Origin: Neophaeotheca triangularis | Lineage: Eukaryota | NCBI GenBank assembly: GCA_054600435.1 | Contig: BAAIJX010000086.1 | Location: 1 to 55,761, forward strand | Direction: 5' to 3' | Length of the DNA: 55,761 nucleotides | Part shown: positions 11,914 through 24,900 of the stretch, piece after piece | How positions within the stretch are numbered: position 1 is the first letter of the stretch | How the letters are laid out: the number at the start of each line of letters is the position of its first letter | Program-made: the position numbers and the translations under genes | Notes under the pieces: generated by a model | Told to the model about the DNA's origin: nothing | Seen by the model: the letters and a program-made list of their open reading frames with translations, nothing else | Databases searched by the model: none

Positions 11914-13980
11914 CTAGTGGAGGTCATGCCAACCTCCAACCCACTCGAGCTCGCCGAGGCCGTCGTCGGCCAGTTCGGCGTCGAGGAATGATTTCTGTGA
12001 TTTCTGCTTGTGCAACGGCTTAGGCTGCTGTACAATGGAAGCACCGGTGGCACTGCCGGGTACTTGTGACGGAAGAGGAGGAACCGGAGGCGCGGCGTTG
12101 TCGCGCCAGTTGCTGTTCATAAAGCGGGACTCCTTGGGCGAGCGACCGGTCGGGGATGGGTCCTTGCGGTCCCAGCTGCGACCGTGGGTTGACATGGCAC
12201 GAGGACGAGTCGGGCTACCCTGACGCCAGCTGGTGCTCGACGTGCGGTCGCGGGATGGTGGTTGCGGCTTCTGCTTTTTGCTGGCCCCAAAGGATGTGAA
12301 GCTGGCAAAGGCCTCTGTGTACTTATTCTTCGGAGGTGCCGGGGTGGCAGGGGCAGGAGCAAGGATGGACGACGCTGGCAGCGAGGATGAGGGGGTTGTA
12401 GCCGAGGACTCTTGCTTGCGCCGCAAATTGCCAAGGGCTGCCCACTTATCCATGATAGATGACGAGCGCTGCTTGAGCTCGGGCTTCCCTTCGATGGGCT
12501 TGGCCATTGGACTGCCAGCACGGACGTTAACATCGAGCTCAGCCAGACCTTGACGTGGCGTCACGCTTCCACGGCCTTCGGACAAGTTTTGGGGAGTGCT
12601 AGCTGGCTTGGCGGTGCTGACACGGGATATGTCCATGCCCGCCTCGAACGAAGCGCGATGCTCGAGCTGACCCATCTCTTCCTCCTCTTCATCCCAAAGA
12701 TCGCTCCAGCTTTTGGAGAAGCCATCGGCACCGTAAGGGGTGGGCTTGTTGCCAGGACGAGTGAAGCTGATCGGGAGAGAGCCAACAAAGCCGGAGAGTG
12801 GCTTGGACGATGTTGACTGGCCAGATTTGTAGGACATGCCCAACCCAGAGTCGAGGTTGGAGACCAGCGAAGAAGCGTCGGTGTCGATGTACTTGAGCGA
12901 CCCTGGGTACATGTCCATGTCCTCATCGGCAATGGTCGAGAGCTGGCGGCTGGACTTCTGTGGTGTCTTGAGCAAGTTGGAAGTCCAGGGGAAAGAGTCG
13001 CATCCCATGGCCGGACTGTTGACGGACGGAGTGCGAAGGGGCTCACGACCAGCAGTGGCCGTCACACGGTCGCCTTGCTCGGTGCAGAAGTCGTCAAGGC
13101 TCTCGTCATCAGTAGTGAAACTGACGACAGCGTTGAGAGCTTCACGGACACCAGCTAGGGAACGGTTGGCGGGATCCAAGGCAAGGCAGTACTGAAGCAC
13201 GGCAAAGGTGTCCTGCGACATCTTCTCGAACACGTCGAACAGACTCTGGCGGTCGGCTGCAAAGTCTGCGAACAAGGGGTCCTTCTGGGTGGGCGTCGCA
13301 AAGGGATTGCGCTGGAACAAGATGTTCAGGAGAACGATACCGATAGCCCAAACATCGGCAGCAGCTGGTGAGTATCCATAGCCATAGACCGAGGCATCAT
13401 ACTGTTCCGGAGCCATGTACCGATCAGATCCCACAGCAAACTCCGTAGACCAGGTCTCCCTTGTAGCCAAACCAAAGTCTCCCAGCTTCATCGAGCCGCT
13501 GGCCGTGAGGAAAATGTTTTCGGGCTTGATGTCACGGTGGAAGACGCCGTGAGCGTGAATGTGGTCGATGGCGTCAACGAGCTGCAGCATGAAATCGCGG
13601 ACGTGCTCGGTTTCCAAAGGGCCACGTCCAAGTCGGATGGCTTCGTAGAGGTCGCCATTGCCGCAGAGCTCAAGGACCATGTATTGGTGATTGTCGGACT
13701 GGAAGTTGTGCACGAGATTGACGATGTTGGGGTGCTCCCTGAGGTGAGAATGAATGTCGAGCTCCTCAGACTGTTCGTCGGTAGCAATGGCAGCTGGACA
13801 GTTGGATTCCTCTGCAGCAGATGTGGGCTTGGTGATGCACTTGATGGCCACATCATTGCCGGTTAGCATGTCCTTTGCGGAGAAAACCATGCCGAAGGAG
13901 CCATGGTTGAGTGGAGAAATGGTCAAGAAGCGACCATCCAAAAGCTTGCCTTGCTCGAAATCATCGCGCATACAGTCCAT
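11914..13980 (-). CDS. KSP1: Ser/Thr protein kinase, Ksp1/Ran1(Pat1)-like
   Basis: Kinase motifs LNHGSFGMV, VAIK, HRDIKPEN, DFG, YMAPE and DVWAIG. The NHGSFG loop and VGSDRYMAPE are characteristic of fungal Ksp1. Long disordered C-terminus. Confidence 0.88.
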   Translation of the reverse strand: MDCMRDDFEQGKLLDGRFLTISPLNHGSFGMVFSAKDMLTGNDVAIKCITKPTSAAEESNCPAAIATDEQSEELDIHSHLREHPNIVNLVHNFQSDNHQYMVLELCGNGDLYEAIRLGRGPLETEHVRDFMLQLVDAIDHIHAHGVFHRDIKPENIFLTASGSMKLGDFGLATRETWSTEFAVGSDRYMAPEQYDASVYGYGYSPAAADVWAIGIVLLNILFQRNPFATPTQKDPLFADFAADRQSLFDVFEKMSQDTFAVLQYCLALDPANRSLAGVREALNAVVSFTTDDESLDDFCTEQGDRVTATAGREPLRTPSVNSPAMGCDSFPWTSNLLKTPQKSSRQLSTIADEDMDMYPGSLKYIDTDASSLVSNLDSGLGMSYKSGQSTSSKPLSGFVGSLPISFTRPGNKPTPYGADGFSKSWSDLWDEEEEEMGQLEHRASFEAGMDISRVSTAKPASTPQNLSEGRGSVTPRQGLAELDVNVRAGSPMAKPIEGKPELKQRSSSIMDKWAALGNLRRKQESSATTPSSSLPASSILAPAPATPAPPKNKYTEAFASFTSFGASKKQKPQPPSRDRTSSTSWRQGSPTRPRAMSTHGRSWDRKDPSPTGRSPKESRFMNSNWRDNAAPPVPPLPSQVPGSATGASIVQQPKPLHKQKSQKSFLDAELADDGLGELEWVGGWHDLH

Positions 13981-16900
13981 TTGGCCGGTCCGGATCCCTG
14001 AGACGGGATGGATAAGAGATTCCTAGGGCGTAGAAGGTCAGAGAGAGTACCAGGTCCAGGTAAGAAGTACAGTCCGGGATCGCAAGAAGGTCCAATCCAA
14101 AAGCCGCTCAACTTTTGAGTCTATGCGCAGGCAACAACAACAGATGACGACGTGCAGCCGGTCACTACCTTCCTTTCCGTATATGATATGATGCAATCAA
14201 AACAATAAATAAATTCCCTTCACTTTCTCCTTTCTTTCAGTATCGCAATCAAAAGTATGCACACGCTTGTTCGCTCCAGGGATGGCCGGTTAAGGCAACA
14301 GCAAAAAGACTCAAAGAGAGGTAGAGATCGTCAATGTTGTCATTGAATATGGTCGTAAGAAGTCCAACGAGAGGTCCGAAGGAAAGATGATGTCGAGTTC
14401 CGTCGATATGATAAGGAATGTCTGGGTCAAGGAGGCCCCGGGAAGAAGGACTGGAGTGGAATGTGCAAGAGAGAGCAGATGATCGTATGGCGGTCGTTAA
14501 GTCGGAGGCAATGGGAGGGGTGGTGGTGGTGGTGGTGTTACAGGTAACAGGTACAGGCGGCGGTATAAGAGGAGGTTGAGATGTAGGTAGGACGAGGCTT
14601 GATCGGAGTCGTGGTGGGAGAGGGTGGATGCCTCGAGGGATGCAGAAGGGGAGGAGTCGTCGGAGATTGCCTGTGGGTGTGATGCTGCAGCTGTCTTTGT
14701 CGATGGCCAAAAAGACAGTGAGACCTTTTCAGGCGTAACCAATGGATAGCAGAGTCGAAGAGGTGGGAGGTGATGGAGGAGTGTGTAACAGAGGTAAAGA
14801 GGGAGGCGAGAGCTCTTTGTGAGTAACAAGGCCGGGCAAGCTTGCGACGAGTCGTGGTATGACGAAGTCGGACCCCGGACGGAGCTAAAGCTGGTCAGGT
14901 GGTGGTGCTAGAGTAATGGGCCTTGCTTGTCCAGAATCACATCGAAGCTTCTGGCTGGTACAAAGAGGTTGAAGAGAGGATTAGAAGTGGTAAATAGCGA
15001 GAGTGGTGGTGGTGGTGGTGGTGATGATGGAAGGTTGGTTGTTGTTGATGGAAGCGATCGAGGGTAGGACGTCGGGCAAGGTTGGCGGGCAGTCGTCCTG
15101 TCAGCGTCCAAGGAATGTGGAGCTGAAACACAGGCAAGCGATTGTCCACTGGCGTCGGCGTCTCGCGAGACACGGCTTCGTTGATGGGGAGGGACAACAG
15201 AGGGGCTGCGCTGTGCAGGAGAGGAAGGGCGGGTCTGATAAGGAGGATTAAGGTAGAGGATGAGATGTGTGGTGTTGAGAGTCTGGTAGCAGTAGTGGTG
15301 AGAAGGGGGGGAGCGGTGTGAGTGCGGTGTGTGAGTGTGTAGTGTGTGAGTGTCTGAGTCGTATGCAGAGAGGGTCAGTAGTAAGAAGGTGGTAGTCCGC
15401 TCAGGTACGGCAGTACGGCAGTAGTCAAGTCAAGACATCAAGGTTGCCTAGGTGGGTGGTGGGTGCTGGGGGTGGACACTACTAGGAGGGGGAGGGCGGA
15501 CGGCAAGACACATGGAGCACGAGCCAGGCCCTCGGCAGGACGGTCTTTTGGACGCTTGCCTCGAGCAAAAGCCAGTTCTAACGAGCTCTTTCAGGTATAG
15601 TGCTGCTATGCGGGCCTTATCCGCCAATCAAAGCGACACTTTGCTGGCGGAGGCATTCCTTGCCCAGGTGCAGTCTACTTTGGTTCTTTTCTTGGAAGAA
15701 GTCATGCGCTAGCTTGGGGCCCAAGCCGCCGTACATTATTACCTTATCATTATTGTACCCGAAGCCGGTGGCCATAGAGCCAGCCTCACCTACAGTACAT
15801 AGGTGCCTAGGTACTCAGCCAGCAACGTGGCCAAATGCCTTGTCTTTGGCGCTGCACAGCCCTGAAAACCAACGACAATTTCCATACGCTTCCATCATGG
15901 CAAATGGTCTCGTCCACGGCAGGTGTCGAATGCGGCGTGGCTTGTGACTTGTTGTCCTTCTCTTTGTTGCACCTTTCCAAGCCCAGCGATGTCGGCAATA
16001 ATAATGCTCACCAACACCTGCTTGCTTGCTTGCTTGCTTTACACAAAGCTGAGGTGAGGTGATGTATGAAACGGGCGTCTCGCAGCCGACTGTTCTGGCC
16101 GCCAACATGAATCGAGGGGACCATGTCTCTCAATGCCATGTACTGTACTATAGGTACTTTCTTGGTGTCTCGAGAGAGCTTTCTGAACACAGGCGTCACG
16201 CGCGGCCACAAGCACACCATCCCAACAGTCTTTCATCAGAGCTTCCATTCCTGCCTGGCAGGCAGTAGTGACTAGTGACTCGGTGATAAGACTGAAAGAT
16301 GTGATTCGAAACGCCCTATCTCTTCTGATACCGACGCATCAATAGCTTCGGAAGAAGATTGCGCGATAAGACAATAATCATCAGCAAGCTGCGACCTGCT
16401 GAATAGTAATAATCGCTGGCGACCGGCAAGCCTGTACGGTTACTCTACAGGAGCCTTGCCATTATCATCACCTACCACACAGTACCACTCCTTCGTCTTC
16501 CCTTTGTCTTTCCCTCCCTGCCCGCGATGTATTGTTGTTTCTTTGAGACAAGAACCTCATCTTTTCCGGCCTCCAGCCTCGACTTGCCCAGCGCGGCGGC
16601 TATCGAGTCAAAGGGCTCAAGAGTAGCTGCACCCCTCATGCAAGTCGTTGGCCCGGTGCCATGATAGCTGCAGTAGTAGCAATGTAGCAATGTAGCATGC
16701 AGCACAAGTGTACTCAAATGCCGCCAAGCCGGAGACGAGACTTGCCCGTGCCTGTCACCGTGCGAAGCTGTAGGGCAACCCAAAAGAGGAGGAGGAGGAG
16801 CAGAAGCTCCAGCGCCACCTGCAACTGTTTGCTCGGGCACGTGCTCGGGGGATCCTCGCGGTACCCATATGCGGTTTCTCCCGTCCGTACCTTCTCAGTA

Positions 16901-18144
16901 CTGAAGGTACCTACTATAGGTAGGGTAGACACCTATCAATCAAGATGGTGTCTTGCAGCATCCATAGCCCATGAAGCTCTACAGTTTTCCAACCATTATC
17001 GTATCTCTTCTACCAACTCATTCTCATACACTATCGACGGCCCTTGTTAGCACTATTGATTGAAAGAAGAAGAAAGCACAGATACACAAACAAACTCCAC
17101 ATTACCTTATTACTCGGGTACGGAACTCCAGATCTTGGTCTGCACGCTCCTGTCAAGAGCCGAGCCGACATCCACATGCGACTCGCGATTAGTGTCACAT
17201 CAAGCGGTAAAGGCAGCGGCGGAAAGGCACGAAACCATGCAATATTGCTCTCCACAAAAGACTAATAGCAAACGCTCTAGGCTTCAAGGCAACGGTACTA
17301 GAGAGAAATCAATCAATTAATTTCCCAATATCGCCAACGTGAAGAGCGGTGAACACGTTCGTATGCACCCCCTTTCGTTCGCGCTTCGCTAAGGCTGCTT
17401 GTATTCGAGCCTATGAGGTTGTCTTGTAGTGAAAAGATTTTTCTCCTGCATCGCATGGAAGATGTTTGCAGTAGCTTTGTGCCGGTTGGCACTCCGCGAC
17501 TGGCTATGGGGTCTAGTAGACTCCCTTCCCGTTGAGACATGGACGGGACTATCTTGCAGCGTGCAGGTAGCCGGTATGCGTTGGACTTAGTACCGTATGT
17601 CGGTCAGTGGGTCCATTTGGGCATTCTTCAACTTCCATGTTTGCTATGTCTTTTATGGTCGATGGGTTGTTATGCATTGAGCCATTGTTGGAAAGCACTC
17701 AGTACTCGCAAAGATTTCAAGCAAGAATGCACACTGTGAGGTAACTGTACGAACGCTGTATTTGGTCGCGGAATTGTAAAGTGAAAAGTTTGCACGTCAA
17801 TTGATGGCTTCCATGGATGTCAGTCTCATCACAGCTTTCAGACTATCTCACTCGTCACCCCAAAAACACATGTCAAGCCTCGTGTTTGCAGTTACTGGTC
17901 ACAGCGGCGCCACGTCTCTCCATAAGAATCTTCACCTGCAACCTGCAAGACCAAGATCTGCAACATCACCCACCACGACCCACTCGAACAACTCGCCCTG
18001 ACATTAGCGGCCTGCCACCACAACAAGTCCCCCATACCACGACTCACAAGTGTTCACTTCAGTACCCACCGCGGCTCCAAAACCACCAATAACCAAACGG
18101 GCACCCAATATCCCGACTTCACCCCTCCCAAAACCCACGCAAAC

Positions 18145-19239
18145 ATGTCCGACGGCCGCATCAAAGCCCAAGGCATCAAGTGCGTGCTCTTGGACATCGG
18201 TAAGGCAAACAACCGCGTAGCTGAACATGGAGACCACCAGACTGGTCGAAAGTGAAGTATCTCGTAACTAAGCCATCCTCGCTATTACAGAAGGCACTGT
18301 CTGCCCCATCTCCTTCGTCAAAGAAACTCTAGTACTTCCACTCTCGCAAACCATTTCCACCTGCCCACCAGTAGACTCTAACACACGCAGTTCCCTTACG
18401 CCCTCAAAGCACTGCCGGAAGTCGTCCAGACCAAGTGGAACGACCCCGACTTCGTGCCCTTCCGCGATGCGTTTCCGGCCGAGCACCGCCGCAGCCCAGA
18501 AGCCCTGCAAGCCCACGTTCAACATCTCACGGAGCGTGATGTCAAGATCGGCTACCTCAAAGACCTCCAAGGCTACCTGTGGGAGCGCGGCTACAAGGAC
18601 GGCGTCTACGCCACCGAGCTCTTCCGCGATGTCGTCCCCGTGGTAGGCTTGCTCCGCTCGTCTCTCGAAATCGACGTAAAGTACAAACTGACACTCCACG
18701 CATAGCTGAAGAAATGGCGCAAGATCAAGGGTCTGGACTTGGCAATCTACTCCTCGGGCAGCGTCTTCGCGCAGAAGTTGCTTTTCGGACACGTCAGGGG
18801 TACTCAATCGACCAAAGATCTCAACGGCATGTTCGACGGCAAATTCTTCGACACCCTCAACGCGGGTCCCAAACTTGAGGCTGCCTCGTACAGCAAGATC
18901 GCGGAGGAGTTGAAGGTATGGCTTCTCTCGTCACCACGTTTGTTTGCAGGGAGGTGGCCATGCTGACTTATTCCGCCTCAGGTGAAACCGGCTCAGGTTC
19001 TCTTCCTTTCCGACAACGCGCTGGAGGTGGAGGCCGCCTACAAGGCTGGGATGCAGGTTGTTATTGCTGACCGTCCTGGTAACGCTCCACTGTCTGAGAT
19101 CACCCGCGCTGCGTATGAGGTTGTTCCATCGCTGTGGGAGCTCAAGGTCACTTCCAAGCCGGTTGGTCGGATGATGAAGAGCGTCGACACAGGCGACTCG
19201 TCTGCTGGCGAGCTTTCGGAGGATGAGGCTGAAGTTTGA
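18145..19239 (+). CDS. UTR4: Enolase-phosphatase E1 (methionine salvage, HAD family); exons 18145-18199, 18291-18331, 18391-18642, 18706-18915, 18982-19239
   Basis: Spliced product has [48 protein letters not shown] and LFLSDN. All four introns are GT..AG and keep the frame. Confidence 0.93.
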
Positions 19240-19469
19240 GGAGAGCGTTGAACTCGAATCACGATCTCAAGCGAGACCCACACAAGCGAATTGGACGAAC
19301 TTGCTGATTTCGTACACTCGGCCTCTTTCCATTAAGACGCTGGGCCACAGGTGCCGCTCCGAGCGGCGTATCTACTGAAACTACTGCGCCAGAGCTGTCA
19401 CTTCGACAACCAAGCATAGCGCAGCAGTATTTTAGATATCAAAAAGCGCGCGAGCGCCCAATTTCATCC

Positions 19470-20326
19470 CTAACCCTCCCGTCTCCGAGCCACAACCCAC
19501 CAATTGTCCTTCTCATAGCCCCCCTCCAGCACCTCACCCCCGGCAGCCTTGACATCTCCCTCCAACTCCCCCTGCCTATACAGATGATAATAGCGATGAA
19601 AAGTCTTATCCTCCGCCACACCCCCTCCCTCCGCCTGCCCCTTCTTCCCCCTCATAACCCAAGGCACCATGACGTCCTGCTCGCCACCTTCCTTCCAGCC
19701 CCTACGACTGCCCTCCTGCTCGAGCGCCCAGACGTACAACAAAGCTTTGCCACCGGCTCTCAGAGTCGAGAGGATGGAGGCTATAGACTCGACCCGCCGC
19801 TCGGGCGTCGAGAGGTGGTGGATCACCGCTATGGAGATTGCGAACTCGAAACACCGCGCCGGATGCGGGAGTTGCAGTATATCCGCCACCAGGGCAGAGT
19901 GCGGTTGGTGGCGGGTGGCGATCTGGGTCAGGTTTGTTGATCTGCGGGCCGTGGGTCAAAATCATCGTCTATGCGATGGAAGCAGTGGAGTTTGAAGCGA
20001 GCCGGTGGCGATTGTACCTACCGATCAGAGCCTAGGATGTAGATGTTCTTGTTGACGGCGAGGTATTTGCCGTTGCCACAACCGACGTCGAGGCCGATGG
20101 AGCCGTCCGGTAGCGTTTGCAGGAAGCGTTCTATGATCGGCCATGGCTGGGGGGGAACGTTAGTCTCGAGTGAGCTTGTGACTGGGCACAGCGCTTTTTC
20201 GTTTGCGGACCTTGAGGTTCACACCTTGTAGCGAGTCGAGGAGAAGTGCGAGGCGATTTGCTCGTAGACTTCGTGCACGTTTTCGGTTTCGTATTGCTCG
20301 CCTCGTGTTGGGTCTTCGGTGGACAT
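19470..20326 (-). CDS. TRM9: tRNA (carboxymethyluridine-5-O)-methyltransferase Trm9; introns 20147-20224 and 19942-20021
   Basis: Spliced product [35 protein letters not shown] motif [40 protein letters not shown]. Confidence 0.93.
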
Positions 20327-21825
20327 GGTGGATGGATGGCTGGCTGGCTGGCTGGCTTGTTGGCTTGAACTTTAGTCTATGATGTGGGACTTGGTGATGG
20401 TGTTGCTGTAGGTATGACACTCACCGCTGTTACGCAGATGTATCGAGATGATTCCGTCGCCACCTCTCAACTCGAGCCAACAGTTCCGAGATAGATGTTG
20501 GTTGCAAATTTGCTAGGAACGAGGAGACTTGGATAGCTTTCTGTCTTGACCCTCTGAACCCTCTGCTGAGTTTGTAGAACCTTTACGCTCGTTCCAAAAG
20601 CTATGCAGTACCTAGGTAGTCTATGAGATTAATCAAATATTTAATATCCCATTACAGCGCAGGACTGCCATTTCACCTCGAATGTTGGGCGCTCGGACCA
20701 CTGGGAATTCTTGCGCACGCTAGCCAATGCCTTTCGAGCTCAGAATCGACCACACCTCTTCCTTTTCCTCGACAACCATTGGCTTGAGATGAGCATCACC
20801 GTTCGTATGTTTACTGCTCATGGTACAGGGAATCCATGGGTCATGGGATTTGGACACTCGAAATGTAAGGGTGCGTCGCCATTGATCGAATCTTACGACC
20901 AGCCCGAGGTCTTCAGCAATCTTGCACTTGCCTGGCAATTGCTACCCTGGGTCGTTCCCCATTGCAGCTTATCTGGGACTCCTGAGAAGTAAGATCACCG
21001 TCAGCCGGATACATGAACGGGAGAAAATCCCGACACTGGTCTGAAACAGCTCTGGACCCATCGACCTCCGATCAAATGCTTTGCCGTAACCCATTCGTTG
21101 CAAGATTGCGTCTACCTAGACAATGAGGAATGAGACTGGTGCCCGCTTCTAATCCTTTCATCTGCAGGTCCGAACATAGTGGAACACTGCTGGCCAGGAC
21201 GTTCGAGCGATGCAACTACGGGAGCTTCGGGGTTGCTTACAAATACATAAGAGAGCTTTCCTGGCTTTACAAACACAGCCAAAAAGGAGATACAAGGTAG
21301 CCATATTCGAAAGGCTAACGGCCTCAGAAATATGCCGACGACGGCGAATGGTAGACCACGGCGTAGGCGCTCTGCGGCAAAGCGCCGGATGGTCGCTAGC
21401 TTTAGTACCCTCCGCATCAGGCGCACTGCCTTTCATATACGCCTTTATAGTAGGTATAGGCCCAGCTTTGTACCATGCTGGCCAAGTTGCCAGCTGATTA
21501 TTTTGACCCTTGGACACAGTTTTCTCTTGGTAATAGCCATACCCCGCTCCTCCTCGCCCAATTTCCTGCTATGTTCATTGTTCGCTCTTCGCATCATGTT
21601 GGCCTAAGACCAACATCCCAAAGTCCAGCACTCATCCATCCAAGCCTGCTGACAGCGCCTTGGACCGCCTCGGTTCCCGACACGCCAGACATTGCAGACT
21701 CCTTCTCAACTTCATTCATCGCGCCTGGTTCGCGAGCTTCAACCAAATATACACCCCGTCTTGCTTAAACATGGTCAGTAGTTAAAGGCTTGCAAACAGA
21801 AACTTGTTAAAACCACCGACCGGAG

Positions 21826-21959
21826 GAGGGAGAGGGGTGCCATCCAATCGTACGACTTAGCAAGACTAGAAAAGGGAAGCCATGGAGAATCCGGGAAGAG
21901 GGAGAGGCGTGCAATTCGATCGTACGGCTTGAAAAGACTAGTAAGGGGAAGCCATGGAG
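21826..21959. repeat. Imperfect tandem duplication, 72-bp period, 2 copies
   Basis: gagggagagg..gactag..gggaagccatggag at 21826-21887 and 21898-21959; 10 mismatches over 62 aligned nt by manual count. Confidence 0.85.
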
Positions 21960-24900
21960 GAGGCCACCTTCGGCCCAGGACGCTTTTGCCTGCCATAGCC
22001 GCGTTTTGAAGTGAGAGATAACAAAGAAAGCTAGAGCTGAAGGGCAAGGGAGCCGCTTTTCGCGGTTGCGCATTAAGACCGGAGCGTTTGCTTACATTGC
22101 TGAGCTGAAATAGGCCAGAGGGTCTTCTTGTTTCGGCCGGTTCGGAGACCCTCGTTTGGCCGCTCTCGGTGGGCTGATCGAAGGCCACCGTGCCTCCGAC
22201 AGGGAGATGAGGTGTGGTTTGTAGCAGCGTGAGAGGACAAGTGTGGCCAGGAGCCGCAGACGTGGCCCCGCGGAAGCAGCTGGCGGACGCTTTCATAGCT
22301 GACAGCGACTTCTTAGGAACATGAATATATGGCATCTTTTCGGGGTTACGATGGGAGGCTGATGGCACGCACGCACGTCAAACTACGCTGAAGTTCCCCC
22401 TCGGCGATTCCACCCCCAACTCAAGGACGCAAAGCACAGATAGACGATACCGGAAAGTCGTGCCCACAGCGTCTCTTCAAGTGAGCTACGATATAAATTA
22501 CACCGGTACATTTCTTCGGGCAAACATTACAAGTCGACTTCCCATTGATCCTTCCCCCGTCCTATTCGGTATCGTACCGCGAGAGTCGTTTGCAGCAAAG
22601 GCGCCGCCATCTCGACTTCCTGCTAAGCATCCAGTCTTCTAGCGCATTACTGTTGGCCGGCATCCAACCGAAAGCGCCCACACAGATTGCAAGTACGAAA
22701 CTTTTCCTCGTGCGAGCTGGGCACGATGCGGTGTTCCGCGTACCCCTGTTTCTAGCGCCCACTGGTGATTTGACCTCAGCGTCACGACTCCAGTAAATGA
22801 CGAGCGCAGTGAGAGGGATTTCTCGCCTCAAATCGCGTCTCGCTATTTGAAATGGGCCAAGAAAGGCCGCGAACAGCGCGAGTCGCATTCTGATCTCCAT
22901 CGCCCGCCGGACTCCCAGCGCCCGGCGAGCTGACAGAAAAACGGCTATGCGCGATCTTCGAGGCGAGTGCACGATCAGGTATGTAGTCGGCGAGGATCTA
23001 CAACGGCGGCGTAGTGACAAATCCCAAGCGTGACGACGGAGGTTCGATGCCTTGCAGCAATTTCGAGCAAGAGGGCCGGGGAAAGGAGGCGAAGATTTAG
23101 AGGGCTGCTTTGAGCTGGCACCACCCAATCTCGAGATACACCGCGATCGAGACGGGGGAAGAGGGAAGAGAACGGTGGTGGCGCCAGACGAATACACGCG
23201 CGAGCTCGACACTGTGTCACTGACGCGTGCGAAAGTGTGGTGATGCGTAAATAACTTCTTCGCTCGCCACGATGGAAATCGTGTTCCTACCTAATGCGGT
23301 ACTGGACCCCCGGGGTCTCGCCCGCTACGATGCGGTAGAGACAGCGCGAGTCAAACGAAGATGACCGGCGACTTGACGTGACTTCCATGATCGACGTAGC
23401 GGGAGATCTACTGTGGACATGACAAAACGTTATGGAGCATAGCGATTAGCGAATCGTCAAAGGAGCCCGTATCACGTGCCGTGTCAATCGCCGTTGGACC
23501 CGCTGACAGATCGCAGGTTCCTTAAGTCAGGTGAACCGGGGAAAGTCGATCGCAGAACCGCCTGCTTGAATCATGGTAGAGGTTCCATGCTGATGGACAG
23601 CTCTGCAAGATGGTAACAGGCAACGAGGAAGAGTCGAGGACTCGACATTTGGGACGGCGCCAGCGGCAACGTGTTAGGCGACACCAACTCCAAGGCTTCA
23701 TCTCTTCACAGAGCTTTCGGGCGCCTAGCTAGGGCTTGCGGCTCAGAGGAAGAGCGCTTTGTTTCCGCCATTTTGGAGTTCATAGTGACACCTTGGCGAG
23801 CGATATAGCGTACCAGAGATTGGGATTGGAATGCGTCATTCAGCTCGATACGGGCATTCAGCCGCGTGCTTGTAGCAAGTAGCTGACCCAAGGCGTCGTG
23901 ACCTCCGTTTCGCAGCCGACTCAGGTCGACTGAGCTTCCATTGGTACCGCCGATTTCTCCCCTCTCCGCGAAGCGCCTTCTAGAAGGACGGACATGCTCG
24001 CTCGAACCGCTTACACGTTCGGCGACGCCGACTCTCGCGTTTTATGGCTCTACAGCCAACATCCTGATGTATGCCCACTCACTCAAACGCCACGCCGTGC
24101 TAGATGGCTGAAAACGTCTCGCTCGGATTGCTGCGCCGACGTCAGGTGATTGTGGTGTGGTGTCCCGTTGACGAGTATCAGCCCGAGTGGCCGAATGAGC
24201 ATACCCGCTTCCGGATGGCTGCCGTTTGTGCGACGACTGTGCGACCTAGGGCTGCGCTCTACTTGCGTTCTTTTTCCTTTGAGTCGTGAAGAGAGAAGCA
24301 GATGATGGAGCAAAAAGTGTTCGCGCTAGCTGTCGGCTGCATGATGTACGACACATGTCGTAAAGGGGGCTTAAAAGCTGCATCAGACTGGGTTTGGCAG
24401 TGTGAGGGTAACCGACATGCTGGGTCTCTGGAGCCCAACGTTGCTCACGCCGTTCAGCGTCCGGCTGAAGGTGTGTGGGAGGGGTCAGGAGTTGGAGGGC
24501 GTGTTTGCGACATGACCCGCAGACTGGGCCGCGGGGTGCGCGCCCGATGCAGACGCATTCTATTCGAGCTGGGATAGCTTTGAGTTTCGACACTCTTGCT
24601 GCTGGGATGAGTTTATGCGGGTTTTGCGTGCTGCGTTCCATGGCCTGGGGCTGACGAAGGACTGATTCGAGCAAGTATATTGAAATAAGTCGTGGTTGTT
24701 TGTTTCGGCACCATACGGATTGAGAGCCATGTCCGTGGCCAAGGTGAGCGGTCCTACTCCTTTGGTTCAGCAACGTCTTCTATACCGAACTTTAAGCGGG
24801 ACGGCGGCCACGTTGGATTGAAAGGCGACGGGACGGCGGCCGTTGAAGGTGCGGGACGAAGGCTGGATTAGTAGAGCAGTCACTTTTCATAATTGCATCT

